Source: Bdellovibrionota bacterium (GTDB lineage Bacteria; Bdellovibrionota_C; UBA2361; CALJRW01). From it: a stretch of 13,112 nt of DNA. Below the pieces are notes generated by a model, which made no database searches, was not told where the DNA came from, and saw only the letters and a list, made by a program, of their open reading frames with translations. The stretch lies in assembly GCA_041740355.1 (NCBI GenBank), contig JBGSMD010000004.1:1-13112 (forward strand), in the 5' to 3' direction. The position numbers were made by a program, and so were the translations under genes. Below, piece after piece: positions 1 to 6,970 of the stretch; the first letter of the stretch is position 1; each line of letters starts with the position of its first letter.

Positions 1-35
1 CAAAAAAGGATTTCCGTTAAGGAAATTATTTTTTG
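1..35. repeat. Imperfect inverted repeat, probably truncated by the window edge, with ATTTCC/GGAAAT core
   Basis: CAAAAAAGGATTTCC-gttaa-GGAAATTATTTTTTG; the core matches the hairpins at 136-202, 5150-5206 and 5229-5299. Confidence 0.6.
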
Positions 36-54
36 AGGTTCGGGCTTTAGCGTT

Positions 55-85
55 TAAATATTGATTTTGAAGAAATCAATATTTA
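55..85. repeat. Perfect 13-bp inverted repeat (hairpin or operator)
   Basis: TAAATATTGATTT-tgaag-AAATCAATATTTA. Confidence 0.7.
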
Positions 86-87
86 TC

Positions 88-124
88 GGCTTTTCAAATC
101 CTGGTTAAACCAGGTTTGAATGCC
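88..124. repeat. Imperfect inverted repeat
   Basis: GGCttTTCAAAtCCTGGTT-a-AACCAGGTTTGAAtGCC. Confidence 0.55.
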
Positions 125-135
125 TAAAAACAACA

Positions 136-202
136 AATATAGTAAACTCAACATGAATTCCGAAAAAGTTTTTCGGAAATTCATTCTTGGGTTTAGTATA
201 TT
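136..202. repeat. Long palindromic REP/MITE-like element; may also terminate the 239-982 gene
   Basis: ~33-bp imperfect arms AATATAGTAAACTCAACATGAATTCCGAAAAA / TTTTTCGGAAATTCATTCTTGGGTTTAGTATATT. Confidence 0.7.
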
Positions 203-238
203 AAAATTAATGTTTTTAAACTACTTGCTGAGGATGAA

Positions 239-982
239 TTATCTTAAAGCTAAAGAATCTTGATAGCTAAAGGTATCGATAAAAATTTCTACTGAACTTT
301 GCTCATTACCTGCTGGCGCACTTAATCGATATAAACAATGCTCAGAATCATCAATAAAGGTAAATCCAATTTGACCAACCCCAGAGCGTCTGCCCACACC
401 TGTTGCTCCCCTTGCTATTTCTTTCCAAGTCAGACCATCACAGCTACTAACTTCTAAAACTGCCGGAATCTCTTCTTGGTTCTCCAAGTCACCACTAGCA
501 AAGAATTTAATTGTACAATTCAGATCCTCTGCAATACCAACAGACTGGTGAATTCTTGAGCTATTATCAAAATATGAACTACAAGTACCAACAATTTTTG
601 CTGAAATTTGAATAGAACTGATACTAGAAATTGAATTGCTATTATCTAAACCAATATCTACTTGCACATTTTGCGTTTCTTCTGAAACTGTATCAACGGA
701 AACAGTCGTATTAAGGTCTTCACCTTCAATCTGGATGTTATAACTATCTGTTACCAGGTCAGTTCCAATTTCAAATTGTCCATTTTCATCTGTTAGGTCA
801 GATTCACCAGTTTCTTCAATAGTCACCACAGCATTTTCTACAGGCTCTCCTTCTGATTGAGTAACTGTGCCAGAAAGGGTACGAGCCGCTGCCACACCCG
901 TACCAGATGTTCCACCACCCGCACATGATATTAATAGGAAAGTGATTAACAGTAAAATTATTGCTGATAACTTATTTTTCAT
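239..982 (-). CDS. Lipoprotein with a carboxypeptidase-regulatory-like (beta-sandwich) domain and a Cys-containing C-terminal domain
   Basis: Signal peptide ending LLISC, followed by AGGGTSGTG; LSGTVTQSEGEPVENAVVTI...TDENGQFEI is the CarboxypepD_reg-like pattern; overlaps the upstream gene by 11 bp. Confidence 0.8.
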   Translation of the reverse strand: MKNKLSAIILLLITFLLISCAGGGTSGTGVAAARTLSGTVTQSEGEPVENAVVTIEETGESDLTDENGQFEIGTDLVTDSYNIQIEGEDLNTTVSVDTVSEETQNVQVDIGLDNSNSISSISSIQISAKIVGTCSSYFDNSSRIHQSVGIAEDLNCTIKFFASGDLENQEEIPAVLEVSSCDGLTWKEIARGATGVGRRSGVGQIGFTFIDDSEHCLYRLSAPAGNEQSSVEIFIDTFSYQDSLALR

Positions 983-1793
983 TTTTCTTCTTATCTAAAT
1001 TTAAGGTATTACTAAAAGTACCAAAAGAAATTCGTCCGCTAGATTCATTTGGTTTGTGATCCGGGTTAAAATCACGATCATGTTTACTTAGTAAATCACG
1101 AACTTCTTGATGATATTTACTACCAAGTTTTAACAACTTCTCACGGAGACCTGCCAAGTCCGACTCCGGAATATTATCGAAGTACGTTTTCGCATGAAGA
1201 TTTAATTCGTTTGAATTTGCATTGTTATTTTGCTCTACTGCTAGGATTAAGTCTTCTAAATCACCGGCCAGCATTTCAAAGTTTTGAGAGACGTTTTTAT
1301 TATTGCTAAACGTTTTACTAAGCAACTTAAGGAGGCTACCTTTCTTAACCACATGCCCTGATCTCTCAAGTTCAAACAGTATCATGGCAGGTTTTAATTC
1401 TCGGCTTACTCTTAAGACTAGCTCAGAAAATTCACTATCACTGCCTTGAAAAGTTAGATTCTTAGATTTGCCAGATTTACTAAGATATTTTTTATTAAAA
1501 TTCCATTCACCAATTACTTTAGTAATTAAATCTACAGGAATAGTTTTAGGATTCTCATCATGATATAGGCGATTAATGTCACGACGATGAATTCCCGTCA
1601 TTACGGCAAGTTTTGCAACAGTTACAGTCTCATTTTTTTCTTCTAAAACTTTAACAGCTTCTTGGAGGAATGTTACTTTTATTGTTTCTGATAAGACTTG
1701 AATTTTGAGCCCATGACGGAGGGCAAAAGACACAAAAGGTCTGGCAATAAGCTTAAGCAGCTTGGTAGTTTTCTTCTCTGATAAAACTGGCAA
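972..1793 (-). CDS. DUF6502-family protein (N-terminal HTH, putative regulator)
   Basis: RPFVSFALRHG, HTH-like VAKLAVMTGIHRRDINRL, KVIGEW, FSELV..PAMILFELERSG and HDRD..RISFG match the DUF6502 pattern; TTG start with AAGGT upstream. Confidence 0.8.
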   Translation of the reverse strand: MPVLSEKKTTKLLKLIARPFVSFALRHGLKIQVLSETIKVTFLQEAVKVLEEKNETVTVAKLAVMTGIHRRDINRLYHDENPKTIPVDLITKVIGEWNFNKKYLSKSGKSKNLTFQGSDSEFSELVLRVSRELKPAMILFELERSGHVVKKGSLLKLLSKTFSNNKNVSQNFEMLAGDLEDLILAVEQNNNANSNELNLHAKTYFDNIPESDLAGLREKLLKLGSKYHQEVRDLLSKHDRDFNPDHKPNESSGRISFGTFSNTLNLDKKKNEK

Positions 1794-1857
1794 TTTCTAT
1801 ACCTTAAATTTTGTCAATCTGAGTGTTGTCTAGTTCTCATTTTTGTTCTAATAATAC

Positions 1858-1878
1858 TAGTGTGCAAAATGCACACTA
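1858..1878. promoter_or_regulatory. Perfect palindrome, candidate operator
   Basis: TAGTGTGCA-aaa-TGCACACTA between divergent genes. Confidence 0.65.
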
Positions 1879-1901
1879 ACATTGCTGTCTGCTAGTGTCA
1901 A
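1873..1901 (-). promoter_or_regulatory. sigma70-type promoter for the DUF6502 operon
   Basis: Minus strand: TTGACA (1901-1896), 17 nt, TAGTGT (1878-1873), preceded by a TGn extended -10. Confidence 0.65.
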
Positions 1902-1921
1902 ACATTCTTATTTGAATTAAT

Positions 1922-3460
1922 GTGAAAATTAAAACGATTCTCCCTTGGATTTTATTATTGGCTTATTACCTCGATTTTAAATTTCAGATCCTAGTTCCAA
2001 TCTTATTACTTACAGGACTTGCTTTGTTTTTAATGAATAAATTTGATTTGCTTCAAACTATTTCCATTAAACGAAATCTTCAGCTGGTTAAATACGCCTT
2101 AATTTCATTTCCCATTTATGTTTTGATAGTTCAACTCGCACGAATTAAAGTTGGAACTCAGGGGGTTGATTTTGCAATCTTTTCACAAGTAGTTTTTAAC
2201 TTTAGCGAAGGTTTAGGACTGACGACCTCCTTAATCGATTATGGATGGCAACATTTTTTAACCCATCATTTTTCTCCCTATTTATATTTGTTTGGATTTA
2301 TAAACAAATTTGTACATTCTCCCGCCATCATTTTGATTATCTTCCATGTGATTGCTGTTAGCGCTTCCCTGATTCTTGCTTATCAAATTATTCGATCTAA
2401 ACATTCATTTTTAATTAGTTATTTAGCATTAACTTTAATAATTCTACTTCCAGCTGTAAGAATTAGTTTGCTTTGGGAAGTGCGAGATGAGATTTATGCT
2501 TTACCATTTTTACTAGGTGCTTATTTAGCCTATACCAAAGACAAGGCTGCCTTAAGCATTACTTTGTTAGCACTAAGTTGTCTTTTTAAAGAAACACTTT
2601 TCTTAGTAAGTGCTGGATTTGCGCTGAGTGTTATTGCCAAGAATTACTTTCTGCCAGTTAGGGATCAAAGGGAAGTTAGGCCTTGGATTATCTTTGGATG
2701 CTGTGCTTTTTTAGGTTTCTTGCTTTACTCAGTTATTCTTCCGTACCGATTATTTTGGCCAACATTTAATGTTTCAGCCAGACTTGCCAGCATTTCTGAC
2801 TTTCTAAGCTTAGAGTTAGCATTCTTAAAATTCAAATGGCTTGTGGTTACTTTTGTTCCATTAGTACCAATTGTTTTTTATCTTTTTTACAAAAAGGAAA
2901 TCAGAGCACAGATCCTTAATTTAGCCGTTGAAGCCTTACCAATTGCTCCTTTAATTTTGGCTATTCTAGTTACTAATTTTCAGCCAATGCTTAATCCTTT
3001 TAATTACTATTCAGTACTGCCTGTTTTTTATCTCACCGTTATCCTGTTTAACAATCTAAGTTCTGGTCAGCACCGCAAGTTATCCCGGATGTTAACAATT
3101 GCGATTTTATTGGCTTGCTTTGCAGGACATCAAACTGATGGAACACAGGATTTGCGATTAGCCCTAAGCAACAGTTCTCCTTTTACTCAGATAGCTAAAG
3201 TAATTCCACCATCAGCAAGTGTTATTACAGATGAGTATGAAACAAATTTCTTTACCCAGAATCAGAAGGTAACTAGAATTTTTCACGCTAATCAAAATCA
3301 TTTGAAATTTGACTATTTAGTAAGGAGGAAAGATGCCCCGACGTCAGCAAATCTTGTAGAGCTTAATAAATATTATCGTAGTTGGTCGGAGGTTTGTTTT
3401 GAAAACGAAACTTGGGTAGTAAGGTGTGCTTATCCTAGTCAAAAAGCATTAGCTGGTTAA
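1922..3460 (+). CDS. DUF2079-like polytopic membrane protein (putative GT-C glycosyltransferase)
   Basis: Many hydrophobic segments; DFAIFSQVVFN and FLTHHFSP resemble DUF2079 D-x-G-I-F-x-Q and HFSP motifs; LFKE motif; GTG start. Confidence 0.7.
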   Translation: MKIKTILPWILLLAYYLDFKFQILVPILLLTGLALFLMNKFDLLQTISIKRNLQLVKYALISFPIYVLIVQLARIKVGTQGVDFAIFSQVVFNFSEGLGLTTSLIDYGWQHFLTHHFSPYLYLFGFINKFVHSPAIILIIFHVIAVSASLILAYQIIRSKHSFLISYLALTLIILLPAVRISLLWEVRDEIYALPFLLGAYLAYTKDKAALSITLLALSCLFKETLFLVSAGFALSVIAKNYFLPVRDQREVRPWIIFGCCAFLGFLLYSVILPYRLFWPTFNVSARLASISDFLSLELAFLKFKWLVVTFVPLVPIVFYLFYKKEIRAQILNLAVEALPIAPLILAILVTNFQPMLNPFNYYSVLPVFYLTVILFNNLSSGQHRKLSRMLTIAILLACFAGHQTDGTQDLRLALSNSSPFTQIAKVIPPSASVITDEYETNFFTQNQKVTRIFHANQNHLKFDYLVRRKDAPTSANLVELNKYYRSWSEVCFENETWVVRCAYPSQKALAG

Positions 3461-3461
3461 T

Positions 3462-3929
3462 TTACTGCTTAAACTTTAACATATTATTCTGAAGGCTATT
3501 TGCTTGACCAGCAGGCAGACCGGGAGCTCCTGGACCAGGAACTTTGCTTGCAACTGTCTTAGTTTCTAACTCTTTCATAATCTCACCAAGAATCTCAGAA
3601 TCAACTTTTTTTGACTCTGTATTTGTTGTCGGCAGAACTTTAATCGTAGATGCTTCACTAGAGCTAGCTTGATTCTTAATAGCTGTAGTCGCGAGGCTTG
3701 GCTGGTTTAAATCTAAAACTTGAATTACTTTGTCCTTGCGAATTAGAAGTTTAAATTCCTTATATGTCCAAATGCTCTTGCCTGTTAAACTATTATTCAT
3801 TTTTTCAATTGGTGCTCCAACAATTGGAAATAGTTTGCTGCTGTGTTCACCAATTAGATAGGAATGGTCAGTAGCAGATGCTTTGCAAGTGACTAGTAAT
3901 AATGATAGAAATATTAGAGTCTTTTTCAC
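3462..3929 (-). CDS. Exported hypothetical protein with a SmpA/OmlA-like beta-motif and low-complexity tail
   Basis: GTG at 3929 gives signal peptide MKKTLIFLSLLLVTCKASA; VGAP...IWTY...LIRKDKV pattern; this start removes the overlap with the divergent gene. Confidence 0.6.
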   Translation of the reverse strand: MKKTLIFLSLLLVTCKASATDHSYLIGEHSSKLFPIVGAPIEKMNNSLTGKSIWTYKEFKLLIRKDKVIQVLDLNQPSLATTAIKNQASSSEASTIKVLPTTNTESKKVDSEILGEIMKELETKTVASKVPGPGAPGLPAGQANSLQNNMLKFKQ

Positions 3930-3936
3930 TGTGGTA

Positions 3937-5145
3937 ATGATAAATAAAAGTAATATTGTCAGTCTAAACAATAATTTATTTGAGCGCCATGGCTTTAATC
4001 TGCTCTGCGCATTTCTTTTTTTAGTTCCATTAAAACTTTCCCTAGCGTATGCCTGCTTTTTTCCATTAATTTTATCAGGATTAACCTACATAACGTCAAC
4101 AAAAAAAATTAACGAAATATTTGCTAGTTTTCCAAAAATTGGAAGCTATTGGCTTTTTTTCATCATCAGTTTAATAGCCTCAGCGTTTTTTGGCTTAGAA
4201 CCACTAAAGAGTGTGCGAAAAATTTTAGAGCTTACTTTTTACTCCACATCAATTTTAGTTTTTTATCAGCTGTTAAAGTCTGGAATACTTCGTCCAGTTC
4301 TTTTTTTAGTACTGGGCCAAGCAATTGCTGGAGCATATTCAATCCTAGAATTCGCTAATCCTGTGGTATTTGAGCAAATATTTGTTGGTGCCGTTAGTGA
4401 GTCAGGACAAATTGCCATTACAATCTTTTTAGCATTTACTGCCAGTGTTTTTGCCATTCAGGGCAAATTTAAAAAATATCAGCAAGTATTAGTCTATTTC
4501 AGTTTAGCCTTGATTTTCATGGCACTAATTCTGAATATGAAGCGTGGGCCACTGCTAGGTGTTGCCTTCGCCGGAGGGCTTTTCTGCTTAGCCTATCGTC
4601 CCAAATTATTGTTTGCCTTTATTCCGATGTTGGTTTTTCCCTTAGCTTTTATTCCAGCTATTCGACAAAGGCTATTAGATTCATTTGATCATTTTCTAAT
4701 CTCTGGAGGTCGTTATGATATTTGGGAAATTGGTGTTGAGCTAGCTGGACGGTATCCCTTAGGAATTGGTTATGCTAACAGTCGTCATTTGCAGGACTTT
4801 TCTAATGTGATTCCTGAAAATTTAAAACATTTTCATAACAATTACTTAAACATACTTGTTGAGGGAGGGATGCTTTCCTTGCTACTTTACGGAGTATTTT
4901 TTGTAAGTCTACTAATTCTTGGTTATAAAACTTGGAAAAAAGAGAAACTACCAAATGATTTGTTATTGTTAACTTCTCTAATCGCAATCCTTTCTTGGAT
5001 GGTTGCTGGACTTGTAGAATATAGCTTTGGCGATAGTGAAGTAATGCTAATAGTTTACTTCCTAATTAGTTATATCTTTTTAAGAATTAATAATCCTCGT
5101 GAAACTTACTTTTTCCCCTTTTGGAAATCTAAAGAAAAAGCCTAA
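3937..5145 (+). CDS. O-antigen ligase / Wzy_C family membrane protein
   Basis: Polytopic; KRGPLLG, GRYDIW, PLGIG and HFHNNYLNILVEGG motifs; ATG at 3937 preferred over TTG at 3883. Confidence 0.85.
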   Translation: MINKSNIVSLNNNLFERHGFNLLCAFLFLVPLKLSLAYACFFPLILSGLTYITSTKKINEIFASFPKIGSYWLFFIISLIASAFFGLEPLKSVRKILELTFYSTSILVFYQLLKSGILRPVLFLVLGQAIAGAYSILEFANPVVFEQIFVGAVSESGQIAITIFLAFTASVFAIQGKFKKYQQVLVYFSLALIFMALILNMKRGPLLGVAFAGGLFCLAYRPKLLFAFIPMLVFPLAFIPAIRQRLLDSFDHFLISGGRYDIWEIGVELAGRYPLGIGYANSRHLQDFSNVIPENLKHFHNNYLNILVEGGMLSLLLYGVFFVSLLILGYKTWKKEKLPNDLLLLTSLIAILSWMVAGLVEYSFGDSEVMLIVYFLISYIFLRINNPRETYFFPFWKSKEKA

Positions 5146-5149
5146 TAAG

Positions 5150-5206
5150 AATATAGTAAGTCCAGAAAGTAATTTCCAATAGGAATTACTTTCTGGGGCT
5201 TACTAT
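5150..5206. repeat. Palindromic REP/MITE-like element between convergent genes
   Basis: ATAGTAAGtCCAGAAAGTAATTtcc-aata-ggAATTACTTTCTGGggCTTACTAT. Confidence 0.7.
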
Positions 5207-5228
5207 CCCCCGCAAGCGTTATAAAATC

Positions 5229-5299
5229 ATACGGTTATGACAAAAATCACAAAACTAACTTTTGAATATTCGGAAATTAGTTTTTGTTATAACTATATT
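5229..5299. repeat. Second palindromic element of the same family, with a short internal duplication in the left arm
   Basis: Reverse complement of the right arm is AATATAGTTATAACAAAAACTAATTTCCGAA; it pairs with GTTATGACAAAAA..CTAACTTTTGAA. Confidence 0.6.
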
Positions 5300-5328
5300 A
5301 TCTTGTGCTTCCAATCAGAAGAAATTTA

Positions 5329-6399
5329 CTATTCCTCTTCTTCTGCTAGATCTGCTTCGCTGTCGCTTTCTTCGTAAGCCATTTCTTCTTTGATTTCATT
5401 AGCAAACTTTTGAACATCAGGATTTGGATTGTTGGCAATTATTTCATCCAGTAATGCACCAGTTTCTTCATCAAAGCTTACATGATCAATTGCATCAGCT
5501 AATAAGCGATTGTTTAAGCCAGTGTCGTTAGAGCTTCCAATGATGTTGAAAACTTCACGTAATCCATCGTCGCCATAATTTAATAAGGCTTTAACTGCTA
5601 GGTGTGAGTAATCATCTTTTTGATTTGCGATATCGATTAAGGTCGGCAGAGCTGCAGCATCAGGAATAACTTCTCCTAGTCCCATGCCATAATCATAATA
5701 TCCATTAGGATCACCCTTAGCTTTGGTTTGAGCATATAAGCTTTCCACGGCAGCAAGAGATCCATGATTACTAATTGCGGCAATCAAGGATTCTTTTAGG
5801 GGTTCAGCAGCCCCTTCAATTTTACCATCTAAAAAAGTAACTAAGCTGTCATCTCCAGCAGTCATTTCTAAAGACTCTAAGTAAATTTCTTGATCGCTCT
5901 CGGAACCATTTTTATATGCTTCTAAGATTGTTTCAATGTTACCTTGATCCCCAGTGATAGCTAGGAGCTCTGCAAGATATCCTTTAGTGTCTTCGTCTTT
6001 GGCACCAAGCATTGTTTCTTTTAGACTGGCAAATAATTCTGGGCACCAAGTACAGTTGCTAGCATTTAATCCTGCGAATTGTTCTAAGACGATATCATCG
6101 TAGCTTTTAATTGAAGCCATGATTTTATCATATGCTTCGCGGGCAGATGGGTAGACATCCGTTGCGGGAAGGATTTCTTCGTCATAGAAATTTTCTAAAT
6201 CAGGATCTGTTGCTACTTCCTCTGTATCGGTAGGAGCTGTCGGAATAGTTTTTTCTCCAGTTACCGCAGGCGTTATTACTGTTTTTTTGCTAACATCCGA
6301 AGCTAATGGTTCAAATGTTTTTGTTTCATTCTTAGCTGTAAGCAAAAAAGCACCTAATGCTAGGACAACGATAACAGCAGGGATAATAATTTTTTTCAT
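5329..6399 (-). CDS. Membrane-anchored acidic hypothetical protein, probably HEAT/alpha-solenoid-like, with a CxxC motif
   Basis: N-terminal hydrophobic anchor, T/P-rich linker, CTWC, repeated amphipathic helices (LAELLAITG, LIAAISNHG, AVKALLNYG), acidic tail. Confidence 0.6.
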   Translation of the reverse strand: MKKIIIPAVIVVLALGAFLLTAKNETKTFEPLASDVSKKTVITPAVTGEKTIPTAPTDTEEVATDPDLENFYDEEILPATDVYPSAREAYDKIMASIKSYDDIVLEQFAGLNASNCTWCPELFASLKETMLGAKDEDTKGYLAELLAITGDQGNIETILEAYKNGSESDQEIYLESLEMTAGDDSLVTFLDGKIEGAAEPLKESLIAAISNHGSLAAVESLYAQTKAKGDPNGYYDYGMGLGEVIPDAAALPTLIDIANQKDDYSHLAVKALLNYGDDGLREVFNIIGSSNDTGLNNRLLADAIDHVSFDEETGALLDEIIANNPNPDVQKFANEIKEEMAYEESDSEADLAEEEE

Positions 6400-6600
6400 A
6401 ATTTAACAGTATATAACGAGTTTTTAGTTTATAGCTTTAATTTACTGAATCTACCAGAACTCCTTTAGCTTAACCTAGGAAATTAACAAGTTTAAAGCCA
6501 TTATGGGGCAAGTTCCATCAGGGAAAGCGGTTTATCTTTGATATTTAAAAATTCTGGTAATCTTACTCAGGTAAAAGAATAATTTTACAAGTAAAACTGA

Positions 6601-6627
6601 CTATTGGCTATAATTTTTTTTATTTTA
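6601..6627 (-). promoter_or_regulatory. sigma28-like box facing the 5329-6399 gene
   Basis: Minus strand TAAA-N15-GCCAATAG (consensus TAAA-N15-GCCGATAA). Confidence 0.3.
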
Positions 6628-6698
6628 AAGCCCTTCAAACTATTAGCGAAGTAGGTGAAAAGCACAAGTTTTGGCAGTTTTAATGTGGATAAGATCCC

Positions 6699-6725
6699 TA
6701 AAACTTTCGATTTATTAGCCAATAA
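6699..6725 (+). promoter_or_regulatory. sigma28-like box (distal) upstream of cpaB
   Basis: TAAA-N15-GCCAATAA, one mismatch in the -10. Confidence 0.4.
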
Positions 6726-6802
6726 GTTTAATTTATTTAAAGTAAAAAAATACCCCAAAAGTATTGACTTTTAAAATTCATGAATTGAAACCGAAATATG
6801 TT

Positions 6803-6830
6803 TAAAGTGCATCATATAACGTGCCGATAT
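6803..6830 (+). promoter_or_regulatory. sigma28/sigmaD-type promoter upstream of cpaB
   Basis: TAAA(GT)-N16-GCCGATAT; the -10 matches the sigmaD consensus GCCGATAT. Confidence 0.6.
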
Positions 6831-6842
6831 GAATAGGCAATT

Positions 6843-6970
6843 ACTCAGGAAGTTAATTTTATTAAAGCTTTTTCCAACTTGATTGTCTTGGAATGCTTTA
6901 AAAACTGAGTGAATTTACCATGAAAATTACTTACAAGGACGTATCGTAAGTAACAAAAGGGATTTTGTTA
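6843..6970 (+). promoter_or_regulatory. Three GGA-in-loop hairpins in the cpaB leader (candidate CsrA/RsmA sites)
   Basis: ACT-CAGGA-AGT (6843-6853), TAC-AAGGAC-GTA (6932-6943), TAACAAAA-GGGA-TTTTGTTA (6951-6970, covering the SD and the A of ATG). Confidence 0.5.

Noticed and set aside
1-238. CRISPR array or attC cassette sites
   Set aside because: Hairpins are not identical direct repeats with regular spacers and lack RYYYAAC/GTTRRRY ends
1812-1817. Second TTGACA on the minus strand
   Set aside because: No -10 at 16-18 nt spacing
3883-3971. Longest-ORF starts at 3883 (+) and 3971 (-)
   Set aside because: They create an 89-bp head-to-head overlap; GTG 3929 gives a clean signal peptide and ATG 3937 avoids the overlap
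4149-4987. Short ORFs 4149-4358, 4266-4457 and 4802-4987
   Set aside because: Nested in the well-supported ligase gene, no motifs
6672-6686. Possible sigma54 site TGGCAG...ATGT
   Set aside because: Lacks the conserved -12 GC
6830-6920. c-di-GMP riboswitch upstream of cpaB
   Set aside because: GGCAA is present but the GNRA loop/receptor and GCAAA junction of class I are not
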